From the IMG/VR virus record IMGVR_UViG_3300040047_000001, positions 1 to 57,084 of that record: 57,084 nucleotides of DNA; one strand, given 5' to 3'. The DNA is from a virus. Lineage: Duplodnaviria > Caudoviricetes. Every line of letters begins with the position of its first letter. Position 1 is the stretch's first letter. The position numbers and the translations under genes are program-made. Positions 36,303 to 46,207 of this stretch are shown here, one piece after another. The notes beneath the pieces are model-generated. The model searched no databases. It had not been told where the DNA came from and worked only from the letters and a program-made list of their open reading frames with translations.

Positions 36303-36511
36303 GCAAGTGGGAGCTTGCCGGCCCGTACGGGCTGCTTATGATGGAAACGCGCGACGTCCGATGGTACTGGAGTCTCGGGTGGATGCACGTCACAGGGATC
36401 GCTCGGGGCAAGCAAACCCCCGTCGACAGCCGAACCCTCAAGCCGAGCGAGAACAACTATGGGGGAGCGCTCCATGTCATCCTGACACTGGAACGGAGCC
36501 GTGGACTATGA
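36299..36511 (+). CDS. Hypothetical protein
   Basis: ATGA overlaps at both ends. Confidence 0.55.
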   Translation: MSKWELAGPYGLLMMETRDVRWYWSLGWMHVTGIARGKQTPVDSRTLKPSENNYGGALHVILTLERSRGL

Positions 36512-37155
36512 GCAAATGGATGCGGCTCCTGGACGTCTATGACGATATCGAGACGGACGACTTCTGGGATCACCTCCGGCAGCCGGGAATCCATCTCGTG
36601 AGAGGCGACAGCAGTGACTCAGCAGAGGTTGCTCGCGTTATGGTCGTCGGCGAGGCTCCTGGCGCTCAGGAGAACGGTGCGGGAAGACCTTTTGTGGGGC
36701 CTTCAGGGGCTGTTATTGACCAGCTTCTTGGAATGGCGGGCCTCGCGCGTCGGACGGTATTCGTCACCAACGTCGTCAAGTACCGACCGGAAGGCAACCG
36801 TACGCCGTCGCTCTTGGAGACGTATCACGCCCAAAAGGCACTTCGGCAGGAATGGAAGATCATCAAACCCGACCTGACCATCCTCATCGGAGCGACGGCG
36901 TTTAACGCGATGCATCCTAACCGGGGGTTGATGGGTCTCGGCGCCAGCCTCAATCGGGGCTGCCCGTATGAGTATGCCACGAAGGTCGGCGAGCTGCGCC
37001 GGTACGTCATCGGCATGTATCACCCGGCCTGGGCGATGCGCGGGAGCAAGGAGACGAAGACGTTCAAGCAGGAGCGCATCGAGCGCGACTGGGAAGAGCT
37101 CAGCGAGTGGATAACCGAAGCCCTACCGGAGGTACGCAATGTGGCCCTTCCGTAA
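36508..37155 (+). CDS. udg: Uracil-DNA glycosylase, family 4-like
   Basis: VVGEAPGAQE, GRPFVGPSG, TNVVKYRP..NRTP, YHPA. Confidence 0.92.
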   Translation: MSKWMRLLDVYDDIETDDFWDHLRQPGIHLVRGDSSDSAEVARVMVVGEAPGAQENGAGRPFVGPSGAVIDQLLGMAGLARRTVFVTNVVKYRPEGNRTPSLLETYHAQKALRQEWKIIKPDLTILIGATAFNAMHPNRGLMGLGASLNRGCPYEYATKVGELRRYVIGMYHPAWAMRGSKETKTFKQERIERDWEELSEWITEALPEVRNVALP

Positions 37156-37507
37156 GCGACAGAAGCAGGATCTGCAAGCGCGGGCATATACCTGGAGCCC
37201 GAACCGTGGCCAGGTTCTGGACTCGCTACCTGACGACGATGCGAGATATGACCAGTGCCTCGCGTGGGCCGAAGAGGAGCGCAACAAGTTCTACCAAGGG
37301 CTGCACGAGACAGTCCAGGACGTTGTGACGTCTACCTCGGATCGGTACCGGCCGTACAGCCCAGAGACACGGAAGCATATCGGCCAGCTCCGGTGGGGCT
37401 CCTCTTCCAAGAGCAAAGAGCTCGCCGGAGCCGAACAGATGTACATGCGTTGGGCGACTGGGTACAAGAACAGTCCGCGCCAGGGCCTAGGAAGGCGGAG
37501 CGCGTGA
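37139..37507 (+). CDS. Hypothetical protein
   Basis: GGAGG SD; MWPF start. Confidence 0.65.
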   Translation: MWPFRKRQKQDLQARAYTWSPNRGQVLDSLPDDDARYDQCLAWAEEERNKFYQGLHETVQDVVTSTSDRYRPYSPETRKHIGQLRWGSSSKSKELAGAEQMYMRWATGYKNSPRQGLGRRSA

Positions 37508-37815
37508 CTGCGCCTTCTGCTGCATGGGTTGCTGAGTTCAGCAGCGGAGACTGTCCGAGGTGCTTGACGAGAATCGTTAAGGGCGACATGATCCAGCACG
37601 GCGCGACGTCGCGCCCAGAGCATGTAGACTGCGTGCCCGATCTCACCAACGTCGATGCGAAGGATACTGTTCTGTGGAACGTGACTGGGGAAAGTCTGGA
37701 GCGGTACGAACGACAGGACGCGGAGGAGCAGAGGATAGCTCCGCTCCAGCGTCCGACATGCAAAACCTGCTGGATGGAGTTGCCGAAGTCGATGGTATGC
37801 GGTACATGCGTCTGA
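37504..37815 (+). CDS. Zinc-finger protein
   Basis: CPRC...HVDC...CKTC...CGTC. Confidence 0.65.
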   Translation: MTAPSAAWVAEFSSGDCPRCLTRIVKGDMIQHGATSRPEHVDCVPDLTNVDAKDTVLWNVTGESLERYERQDAEEQRIAPLQRPTCKTCWMELPKSMVCGTCV

Positions 37816-38048
37816 GCGGTACCTATAACCGCTACGTACCGATTACCGGCCCCAGGCAGTGGCACCGGATACCGTTCGATGAGTGGCTCTGGATCAAGCA
37901 GGACCCCGACGAACGATACAACTTCCTGATGGACTTCACTGAACGGCTCGTGGCGTCCGGCATGAAGCTGCTATGGCTAACGCCTCGCTTCGTCACCGAT
38001 AATGACGGAAAGAAGTGGGCATACTGGAAAGCGGTACGTGCGGGATGA
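37806..38048 (+). CDS. Hypothetical protein
   Basis: Overlap-coupled small ORF. Confidence 0.55.
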   Translation: MRLSGTYNRYVPITGPRQWHRIPFDEWLWIKQDPDERYNFLMDFTERLVASGMKLLWLTPRFVTDNDGKKWAYWKAVRAG

Positions 38049-38233
38049 ACATCAAGCGCTTCCCGAAGGATCGTCCGTACCTCATGATGCGCAAGGGCAT
38101 CACGCCGCTCTACTCTGGTCCGGGCGGGCAGCTTCTGATGCGATGGGATGTCTCTTGGCGGAACTTCTCGGGTATCGCGATCAACACTCCCCGTGGCTGC
38201 TGGTGGATCTACTTCCGGAGGCCAGCGGCATGA
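38045..38233 (+). CDS. Hypothetical protein
   Basis: ATGA overlaps. Confidence 0.5.
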   Translation: MNIKRFPKDRPYLMMRKGITPLYSGPGGQLLMRWDVSWRNFSGIAINTPRGCWWIYFRRPAA

Positions 38234-38451
38234 GCAGATTCAATGCCTACTGGGTGCCCTGCACGCCTGATTGGGTAGCCACGCACAACGCCTGTGGCAC
38301 AACAGTTCGCCGTCCGGTCCTGGAGCCCTGCTCGATAGGAGATGACGCCTGTGGAGAAGAGGGCCACTTCCACACGGTCGGGCACGAGCACCTGATGGCT
38401 ATGCCGGGAATCTCACCATTCACCGTTCCAGTAGACGAGCAGAAGCAGTGA
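38230..38451 (+). CDS. Small Cys/His-rich protein
   Basis: GGAGG SD; coupled to dnaE. Confidence 0.55.
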   Translation: MSRFNAYWVPCTPDWVATHNACGTTVRRPVLEPCSIGDDACGEEGHFHTVGHEHLMAMPGISPFTVPVDEQKQ

Positions 38452-41400
38452 AGTTTGTCAGCCTCCACCACCACTCCACCTACTCCTTCATGGATGGGTT
38501 CGGCTCTCCGGCTGCGCATGTGGAGCGCGCGGCGGAGCTAGGAATGGGAGCGCTCGCGCTCACCGAGCACGGCAACGTATCGTCGCACGTCCAGCTGGAG
38601 AAGGCCGCAAACAAGGCCGGCATCAAACCCATCTTTGGCCTGGAGGCATACACAGCGCTTGGCCCGGCCGAACGCCGCAAGTTCCACATGACGATCCTCG
38701 CCATGAATGAGACGGGATACCAGAACCTTATGGCGATCGTCGGCCGCAGCTACGCGGAAGGGTTCTACCAATGGCCAACGGTGAGCGGACGGATGCTCGC
38801 GGATCACCACGAAGGTCTTATCGTGACTTCGGGTTGTTCAGACTCGCTCCTTGCGTGCTCTCTGCTGGGCGGGAAGAGTATTGCGGTCGAGGATGCATCC
38901 TACGACCGAGCGAAGCGCACGGCGCTAGGGTTCAAGCGTCTACTGGGGGATCGGTACTACCTGGAGACGCAGATGTTTCCGGAATTGGAACGGACCCGAA
39001 CGATCAACGAGGCATACGAGAGGCTGAGCGGTGAGACTGGAATCCCCCTGGTTTCGACTGCTGATGTTCACTACCCACAAGCCGACGACAACGAGATGCA
39101 GGTCATCTTGCATGCGGCAGGTCGTGGTGCGGGGAGCGTGGCGGCTCAGGAGGCTGGATGGGAGTACAGCATCCGTCTCACTCACCCTATCTCTGACCGC
39201 GTGGCGCTCGATCGAGCGATGGGCACTGGTCTCAGCAAAAAGGCTGCAATCCAATCACTCCGAACAACCGACGACATTTCGGCTCGCTGCTCGGTGGTCC
39301 TACCGAAGGCCGAACGCCTCCGGTATCCGCTTGATGAAGGGGTCGCGACGGGGCTCGATCTAATCTGGAAGTGGCTGCGCGAGGGTTGGGCCTATCGAGT
39401 CCGTCAGGGCAACCGGCACATGGTAGCGCGGCAGGCAGAGTATGTCCGGCAGCTGAAGCATGAGATGGATCTCATTGCGTCCAAGGACTTCATCGACTAC
39501 TTCCTCATGACCTCGGACATCATCACCTACGCAAAGGAGCACGGCTGCGCGGTCGGGCCGGGCCGTGGATCGTCGGCTGCCTCGCTCGTGTGCTACCTAC
39601 TCCGCATCACAGAGGTCGATCCGCTCCAGCATCCGCTGATGCTCTTCGAGCGCTTCATCGCACCCGACCGCGACGACATCCCAGACATTGACACAGACTT
39701 CGATGACGAACGACGGCCGATCGTCCGGGAGTATGCCGTCCGGAAGTACGGCGAGAACCGTGTTGGCAATATCGCCAACTACACGAAGTACCGGGGAAAG
39801 TCGGCCCTTAAGGACGTCGGTCGTGTGTTCCCGCGAATCCCCAAGTACGCCATTGATACTGCTGCGGCGATGGTGATCGAGCGCTCGGGCGGAGACTCCC
39901 GGGCGGATGCCGGACTGATGGACACCGTCGAGATGTTCCCAGCGGTGAAGGCCATCTTCGACAAGTACCCTGACCTTTGGAAGGCGACCCGTCTGGAGGG
40001 GAACTACCGGGGCATGTCAGTCCATGCTGCCGGCCTGGTGATCGCGAATACCCCGATCCACGAGATCTGCGCGCTCTACACGCGCGAGCGGATCGATAAG
40101 GATACCAAGGAAAAGACTGCCGTAACGGTGGTCTCTGTTAACAAGAAAGATGCCGCCTATCTCGGGCTGATGAAAGCGGACTTCCTTGGACTCTCCACGA
40201 TGGGGTTGATCCGGATAGCGCTTGAGCTTGCGGGCCTGACCTTGGAGCAGTTGTACGCGCTCCCACTAGACCTTCCGGAAGTCGTTGAAGCCTTTACCCG
40301 CAACGATGTTATCGGCATCTTCCAGTTCGAAGGCCGCGCGACCCGCATCATCAACCGCGAGGTGAAGCCAACCAACTTCGGCGAGATCGTTGATATCAAT
40401 GGACTCTCGCGACCCGGCCCGCTCTTCTCCGGAACGACGGCAGACTACATCGACATCAAGCACGGCAAGAAGCAGCCCGAACTACTCCACCCGCTCTGGG
40501 ACCGCATCACGCAGTCGACCAAGGGGCAGGTGATCTATCAGGAGCAAGTTCTGGCTGCCCTCAAGGAGATCGGCAAGATCCCGGTTACCAGAGTCGGCGA
40601 GATCCGCCGCATCATATCCCAGAAACTCGGCGAGGCGCAGTTCAACGAGAGCGCAGGCGACTTCGTGCTAGGCGCAGCAGAGCACGGTATCTCCAAAGAA
40701 GACGCGATGCACATGTGGGGCCGTCTGGTGACGTCTGCCACGTACTCATTCGTGTATGCCCACGCAGCCTCATACGCCATCATCGGCTACTGGTCGATGT
40801 GGCTGAAGACGCACCACCCGGTCGCGTTCTACACGGCCGCGCTGCGGAAGTCGGAGAAGGAGCATTGGCCAGCGCTCATCAAAGATGCCTCGCGGCACGG
40901 CGTGGAGGTGCGCGGGATCGACCCGCCGGTCTCAGGGAGGGACTGGGAGCCGGACGGCCGGGGCGGCATCGTTGCCGGTTGGCTCCAGGTGCCGGGGATC
41001 GGCGGAGCGAAGGCAAAGGCTGTGATGGAGTACCGCGACACCGTCCATGGTTTGGGCACAGACTATGAAATGGAGCTGGAAGACCTGATCAACGTCAACG
41101 GCATCGGTCCGAAGATCATGGCCGAGATCGCTGCCGTAGACCAGACCGACCCGTTCGGTCTGCTGAAGATCGAGCAGACTCTCCGTCTGGTGAAGAATGC
41201 GCTCCGTGACGGCGAGATTCCCCTGCCTCCCCCTACCCACAACAGTGAAGAGATCCTAGACGCAAGACCTGCAGCACGCGTAGTCTTCATAGGCTTGGTG
41301 CGGCTGAAGGAGTACAAAGACTTCATCGAGGATGAGCGAGCCCGAACGGGCGATGATCTGGAGGCAATCAAAGCACGGATGAAGGACCCGCACCTGCCGA

Positions 41401-41615
41401 CCGGCTGTGTGCTGCACTGCTACGATGATGCCGACGAAGACGTCTACGTACGGGTACACCGAAAGTTCTACCCAAGGTTCAAGCGGGATCTGGAGGCAAT
41501 CATCCCGCACGAGTCTGTGATCGTCGCGGTCGGCAAGAAGTCTCGCAACAGCTTCGGTGCGAGCGTCTACGTTGACAAACTGTACTACCTGAGTCAGGAG
41601 ACGAGTGATGAATGA
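38448..41615 (+). CDS. dnaE: DNA polymerase III alpha subunit (family C)
   Basis: PHP domain (LHHHSTYS..DG, TEHG, DVHY), GPGRGS, PDIDTDF, HAAG, KADFLGL, YQEQ. Confidence 0.97.
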   Translation: MKFVSLHHHSTYSFMDGFGSPAAHVERAAELGMGALALTEHGNVSSHVQLEKAANKAGIKPIFGLEAYTALGPAERRKFHMTILAMNETGYQNLMAIVGRSYAEGFYQWPTVSGRMLADHHEGLIVTSGCSDSLLACSLLGGKSIAVEDASYDRAKRTALGFKRLLGDRYYLETQMFPELERTRTINEAYERLSGETGIPLVSTADVHYPQADDNEMQVILHAAGRGAGSVAAQEAGWEYSIRLTHPISDRVALDRAMGTGLSKKAAIQSLRTTDDISARCSVVLPKAERLRYPLDEGVATGLDLIWKWLREGWAYRVRQGNRHMVARQAEYVRQLKHEMDLIASKDFIDYFLMTSDIITYAKEHGCAVGPGRGSSAASLVCYLLRITEVDPLQHPLMLFERFIAPDRDDIPDIDTDFDDERRPIVREYAVRKYGENRVGNIANYTKYRGKSALKDVGRVFPRIPKYAIDTAAAMVIERSGGDSRADAGLMDTVEMFPAVKAIFDKYPDLWKATRLEGNYRGMSVHAAGLVIANTPIHEICALYTRERIDKDTKEKTAVTVVSVNKKDAAYLGLMKADFLGLSTMGLIRIALELAGLTLEQLYALPLDLPEVVEAFTRNDVIGIFQFEGRATRIINREVKPTNFGEIVDINGLSRPGPLFSGTTADYIDIKHGKKQPELLHPLWDRITQSTKGQVIYQEQVLAALKEIGKIPVTRVGEIRRIISQKLGEAQFNESAGDFVLGAAEHGISKEDAMHMWGRLVTSATYSFVYAHAASYAIIGYWSMWLKTHHPVAFYTAALRKSEKEHWPALIKDASRHGVEVRGIDPPVSGRDWEPDGRGGIVAGWLQVPGIGGAKAKAVMEYRDTVHGLGTDYEMELEDLINVNGIGPKIMAEIAAVDQTDPFGLLKIEQTLRLVKNALRDGEIPLPPPTHNSEEILDARPAARVVFIGLVRLKEYKDFIEDERARTGDDLEAIKARMKDPHLPTGCVLHCYDDADEDVYVRVHRKFYPRFKRDLEAIIPHESVIVAVGKKSRNSFGASVYVDKLYYLSQETSDE

Positions 41616-42351
41616 CCTTAGCGAAGTCCAGCGCGATCTTCTGTTGGTCGGCTCGCTGATGCTTGGCATCGGCCTAATCCTGGGCGGACCGCTCCTTGGC
41701 AAGTTCATGATCCTCCGACAGCAGAAGGCCAACCGGACGGTCCGACCCGAGCGCGAGATGCGAGCGATGCGCGGGATCGGCGAGACTGCCGAGTGGCTGC
41801 TGACCGGAGATCAGCGCGCACGGATGCTGCGGGATGCGCCGACGCGACGGCTCGCGCTCGTGCGAGCGCCGAGCGCGACCGACCGCTACGCGCAGATCCT
41901 CGCGAGCCCTGTGGTGGCGATGGAGGCAGGCTTACCGGCGCGCGTACTCGATGCCCCGACCCAGGACGTGCCGTTGCAGGCCCCTAGCATTGGCCAGGAG
42001 ACTTCGGCACCCGAATCGCAACCCGAACCAAGCACCGACCTCGCAGCGATCCTGCAGGAGCCTACAGCGGGCTATGGCATCATCGACACGTACGTTGATG
42101 ACGCGCAGCTCGGCGAGCTCGTGGTTGAGGCTGAGCCTGTTGAACTGACGGTAGCCGAGATCGCGTTCTGGCGTGATCCATTGGCGTCCGTCGTCTACCC
42201 GCCCGAAGAGGTTGAGGAGCATGCCATTCCCATGGCAGCACTCGCCTTCGACAACCTGAAGTCCGCAGGGGCACTCACGGGCATCGGGGCCGACCTCGAT
42301 GTCGAATGGGAATCCTGGAACCTGTACGAGCAAGAAGAGGTGTCGGTATGA
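41608..42351 (+). CDS. Membrane-anchored acidic protein
   Basis: N-terminal TM helix. Confidence 0.65.
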   Translation: MNDLSEVQRDLLLVGSLMLGIGLILGGPLLGKFMILRQQKANRTVRPEREMRAMRGIGETAEWLLTGDQRARMLRDAPTRRLALVRAPSATDRYAQILASPVVAMEAGLPARVLDAPTQDVPLQAPSIGQETSAPESQPEPSTDLAAILQEPTAGYGIIDTYVDDAQLGELVVEAEPVELTVAEIAFWRDPLASVVYPPEEVEEHAIPMAALAFDNLKSAGALTGIGADLDVEWESWNLYEQEEVSV

Positions 42352-42740
42352 AGAAGTTCCGCTATGAACTGTCTGAGTTAGACGAGACTACAGGCGAGTG
42401 GGCGAAGGTGAGCGCTGCTGAGGCGGAGCCAAACATCATCGCAATCGGTTTGCGGACGATGGCAGACCTGATCGACCCTCCGACGACGATCGGTGAGCGA
42501 GCGGTGGCGGATCTGATGGCCCCTCCGCCGCCGACTATTGGCGACTTCTTCAGGGACGTCAAGAACTGGTTTAGCGAGCGCGAGGGTGCCCTAACAAGCG
42601 CATTCAACGAGGGGGCCAAGTTCCGCGATCCAACACACGTCCCGATGCCGCCTGCGTGTGCCGACTGTGACGGTCCGTTCTTCTGCCGACGACACGGCAC
42701 AGCCGGTGAAGCCGTACCTACCCCGAAGCTCAAGCCGTGA
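42348..42740 (+). CDS. Hypothetical protein
   Basis: ATGA coupling; C-terminal CADC...C..H. Confidence 0.6.
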   Translation: MKKFRYELSELDETTGEWAKVSAAEAEPNIIAIGLRTMADLIDPPTTIGERAVADLMAPPPPTIGDFFRDVKNWFSEREGALTSAFNEGAKFRDPTHVPMPPACADCDGPFFCRRHGTAGEAVPTPKLKP

Positions 42741-42976
42741 GGGTGACGGCGGTCGGTATGGAGGAGTTCGGCAAGACCGACACGCAGATCATCATGTTGG
42801 TGCTCAACAAATCCGAGGCGAACGCCATCATAGATAACATCTGCGACGCGGAGGAAGCCCATGAGCTCTACCAGGCGACGCGCCAGCTCCGCGCGATCCT
42901 CGCGCCAGTCGCCGGCATCACTACCCGACTCGCTCGCCCGGGGCTATCCGGTGAAGCCAGGTCCGTCGATCAATGA
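42737..42976 (+). CDS. Hypothetical protein
   Basis: GTGA coupling. Confidence 0.55.
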   Translation: MRVTAVGMEEFGKTDTQIIMLVLNKSEANAIIDNICDAEEAHELYQATRQLRAILAPVAGITTRLARPGLSGEARSVDQ

Positions 42977-43163
42977 GATGTACTGGAGTCGACTGAGCGA
43001 GCTAACCGCCGGACTGATGACGGCCAGGACCCAACGGCCAGAAGTCGTCGGCGAGGCGCGCGGGATCGCCTGGTGCCTTGCGGTGATGGCCAACCCCTAC
43101 AACCCCGACCATGACGAGATTCGACGGGAAGTAATGCGGAGGTACCATGCAGAACGAGGCTGA
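42951..43163 (+). CDS. Hypothetical protein
   Basis: GEARGIAWCLAVMANPY; start uncertain. Confidence 0.55.
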   Translation: MKPGPSINEMYWSRLSELTAGLMTARTQRPEVVGEARGIAWCLAVMANPYNPDHDEIRREVMRRYHAERG

Positions 43164-44529
43164 GACGTACGCCCAGCACAACGAGGCCATGCGGATTGAC
43201 GGGCTTGCGGTCCACCTCATCCGAGACCACCGGCTCGCGGAATCGGAGGTTTGGGGCACCCATCACCAGCCCGGAGGGCTTCAGGGTCTCCAGGAGTTCC
43301 ACGGAAAGCTCCACCGCCGGAGCCTTCCCACAACCAAGGAGGAGACCATGCAGAACAAGACGGATCATGATCACGGCGACGGGATGCGCGACGTTGAGCA
43401 TTGGCAGGATTCTTACCTGCGGCTCCACATCTCCAACCATCACCGCGAGAATCTGTTGGAAGCAATGAATCTGCCAGAGGACAGGAAGCTGAGCGATCTC
43501 CACAAGGCGATACATGATGGCAGATTGATCAAGGAGGAGAAGGCCAAGGGCACCGAGGTTCAGCGTTGGGCGGACGCTGCGATGTTCCGGAGCGAGCCGC
43601 TGAAGGCGAGCGAAGGTCCGCGCGTCACGCTCCTCAATGCCACGCCGGATCCGCTGGGGTCGCTCGCAGCCCTCTACGCGATGTATACCGGCAAGGTCGT
43701 GCGGAGCCTCGCCGACGTCACCGACGACGAACGGCGGGGCGCCTTTGCCGACATGTTCGTGACGGAGCTGCAGGGGCCGCTCGAGGTGGCTCAGTTCCAC
43801 TTCCTGGTGGAAGGTGTTACGCGCTCCTTCACGCACCAGATGGTGCGCGAGCGGCAGGCGTTCTTCGCGCAGGAGTCCATGCGGTTCGCGGTACCGGACG
43901 GCGAAGAGTGGCCCGACCGCGTGGCGCTACCGCCGTCGCTCTCCGAACCGAAGCCGACCGTCACGGGCTACACGACAGGGGCGGATTGGGATGTCTACGG
44001 GCGGCAGCGTGACGCTTGGGACGACGCGGTTATCACAGCACAGCGGTCGTACCAGATTCTGATCGACTCTGGCATGCCGGCGGAGGATGCGCGCGGACTC
44101 ATGCCGCACGCGATGACTACACGGCTGCACTGGGTGCTCGATCTCCGGGGCCTGCTGCACGTTGCCGGACTCCGCTTGTGTACGCAAGCGCAGTTCGAAT
44201 GGCGCCATGTCATGGCGGGAGTCGTCAAGGCACTCCGGTCGTACGCCGACGACCTCAAGGGCTCGCACCACCCGACAGGCGACGCTACATGGTGGCAGTT
44301 CGGCCACATCGCGGATCACCTTCGGCCGGTCTGCTACCAGAAGGGGCAGTGCGGCTTCATGGCGAAGTTCGACCGGGGCTGCACGATCCGCGAGCGCGTG
44401 GAGGCGAACGCGAAGGCCGGACGGCCCTCATCTCTTTGGGACCAGGATGCTTACGTGAGCCTGGGTATTCGAGCCATCAACAACAGCGAGTGGGCCGCTG
44501 ACCCGACAGCAGCGAGAAGGGGTAACTGA
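43147..44529 (+). CDS. thyX: Flavin-dependent thymidylate synthase-like protein with N-terminal extension
   Basis: PLE...GVTRSFTHQMVRER-x7-SMR, EDARGLMP, RLC..AQFEW. Confidence 0.88.
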   Translation: MQNEAETYAQHNEAMRIDGLAVHLIRDHRLAESEVWGTHHQPGGLQGLQEFHGKLHRRSLPTTKEETMQNKTDHDHGDGMRDVEHWQDSYLRLHISNHHRENLLEAMNLPEDRKLSDLHKAIHDGRLIKEEKAKGTEVQRWADAAMFRSEPLKASEGPRVTLLNATPDPLGSLAALYAMYTGKVVRSLADVTDDERRGAFADMFVTELQGPLEVAQFHFLVEGVTRSFTHQMVRERQAFFAQESMRFAVPDGEEWPDRVALPPSLSEPKPTVTGYTTGADWDVYGRQRDAWDDAVITAQRSYQILIDSGMPAEDARGLMPHAMTTRLHWVLDLRGLLHVAGLRLCTQAQFEWRHVMAGVVKALRSYADDLKGSHHPTGDATWWQFGHIADHLRPVCYQKGQCGFMAKFDRGCTIRERVEANAKAGRPSSLWDQDAYVSLGIRAINNSEWAADPTAARRGN

Positions 44530-44744
44530 TGCCCAAGCGCCCCGGGGATTCGATAGCGCTCGGAGACATCATCGGACATCCGCTGGAGCCGTATCAACGA
44601 TATGCGCGGATTGTCGCGATCCGGAAGGACGACTGCCGTCGGATGGACGCCGTGATATTCCGGCTCTTCAAGGATAACACCGAGCGCTGGCCAAGCGGAG
44701 AGTATTGCAGCAGCGCATTCATATGTCCATGGGAGGACGAGTAA
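44529..44744 (+). CDS. Hypothetical protein
   Basis: TGATG and TAATG coupling. Confidence 0.55.
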   Translation: MPKRPGDSIALGDIIGHPLEPYQRYARIVAIRKDDCRRMDAVIFRLFKDNTERWPSGEYCSSAFICPWEDE

Positions 44745-45073
44745 TGGATAAAGTAGAGCACCCTAAGGGGTGGGGCCTGATGCCGGGCGAGTCCATCAAT
44801 GCGGAGACGTTGGAGGCTGTTCAGGCGGAGTCGATTCGAGCAACCCTGAAGCACGGCTTCGAGAACACCAACCTGAATCCTGCGCTGCCATACCTCCAGA
44901 AGCTCGCCAACCTCGGCGAAGAGGTCGGCGAAGTCTCGCAGATCTTCACATACGACAAGTTTGGCCCGGGTCACCACTCCCTCCTCTACACAGAGCTGAT
45001 TCAGGTAGCCAACCTCGCACTCGGCTGGGCGCAGGCTGAGCGACAGATCATGCGATCACGCGGAGAGGACTAG
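44744..45073 (+). CDS. MazG-like all-alpha NTP pyrophosphohydrolase
   Basis: LGEEVGEV...ELIQVANLA. Confidence 0.8.
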   Translation: MDKVEHPKGWGLMPGESINAETLEAVQAESIRATLKHGFENTNLNPALPYLQKLANLGEEVGEVSQIFTYDKFGPGHHSLLYTELIQVANLALGWAQAERQIMRSRGED

Positions 45074-45280
45074 CGGGGGTGGGAGTGGACTGGAGCGCCT
45101 ACGAACGGTGTCCAGTCTGCTTCAGGGCTTGGGATTGTCGCCGAGTTGTGAAGCTAGGTAGGTCTCGGCGGACGCTCCTGATGGATTGGGGACGTCCGAA
45201 GTTCGTAGCAATGGGACTGATCCGCACATGGGTAGGGACGTCGCTCCGAAGGCCGCATAGAGGGAGGAGACGTCGTGCCG

Positions 45281-45463
45281 GTGAACCGTCTAGTATCGCG
45301 AGACCACGAAGAGATCGAGTTCCGGCCGATCCCGGGAAGTGAGGAGGAGTGGGCAATGCATCAGTATGTTGGCCGCGATCCTCTGTGGGATTGGCTCGGG
45401 CTCTATCCAGTCGCGATCTGCCTGATTCTCAACTTGGTACTCATAGGGTTGGTGTGCAAATGA
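45281..45463 (+). CDS. Small membrane protein
   Basis: GGAGGAG upstream; C-terminal TM helix. Confidence 0.45.
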   Translation: MNRLVSRDHEEIEFRPIPGSEEEWAMHQYVGRDPLWDWLGLYPVAICLILNLVLIGLVCK

Positions 45464-45783
45464 GACTTCGCGTAACAGTCGATAGAAACAACCGCTGGAT
45501 GCAGATCCTGGACGGCGACGGCAAACCCAAGTCGACCCGTCCGGCGACGAACGAAGAGGCATGGATGTTCCGCGAGCTGGACTCGCGGATTGTAGAGCAG
45601 AACCTTTTGGAGAACCAGATTGTGATCCTGGAGGCGGAGCTGGAGGAGGCGCGTAACAGATTAGGCGCGGCGGAGGAGGCGCTGTCGTATTCGCTGAAAG
45701 CGAACCACGAACTAACGGCCGCCAACCGACTCTACAAAGACTTCATCATCGCACGCGGTAAGGGGAATACCAATGACGTCTAG
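45460..45783 (+). CDS. Coiled-coil hypothetical protein
   Basis: ATGA coupling; heptad pattern. Confidence 0.6.
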   Translation: MRLRVTVDRNNRWMQILDGDGKPKSTRPATNEEAWMFRELDSRIVEQNLLENQIVILEAELEEARNRLGAAEEALSYSLKANHELTAANRLYKDFIIARGKGNTNDV

Positions 45784-46207
45784 TCCGCTCGCTGACCCGC
45801 CGTCGCCGAAGTACCGCAGGGCTGCTATCACCCTCCAACTCGGCGTGCCCGAGACCTGGGCGGTGGACGGCTCGGAGGCCCAGATCGTCCGGGCGATTGA
45901 GGATCTGTTCAACTCCAACGAGTCCGGCGTCGGTCCTGGCGGGTCGATCCTTCACACTATGTTCGTGCTGTCGTGGAAGCCAGGCGACATCGCGAGGCTG
46001 CCGAGCGGTGAACCGATCGAGCCCCTTCTCAAGAAATGGCGGCTGGAGTACCGGCTCGTGCCGCGTTCGCCGCACCCGGCAGGCCATGAGTGCGAGGCGG
46101 ACTGCGTGCCCCACTCGGATCGGAAGCCGATCGCTGAGCCGGTCGTCCGCGAACCGATCCGTATGGCCGGGCGAGACTTCGACATTGACGGAAACGACTG
46201 GGCATGA
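45773..46207 (+). CDS. Hypothetical protein
   Basis: AAGGGG SD; coupled to the next gene. Confidence 0.6.
   Translation: MTSSPLADPPSPKYRRAAITLQLGVPETWAVDGSEAQIVRAIEDLFNSNESGVGPGGSILHTMFVLSWKPGDIARLPSGEPIEPLLKKWRLEYRLVPRSPHPAGHECEADCVPHSDRKPIAEPVVREPIRMAGRDFDIDGNDWA

Noticed and set aside
45079-45342. 87-aa Arg-rich ORF
   Set aside because: Atypical composition and overlap with the next ORF; may be real but is not supportable
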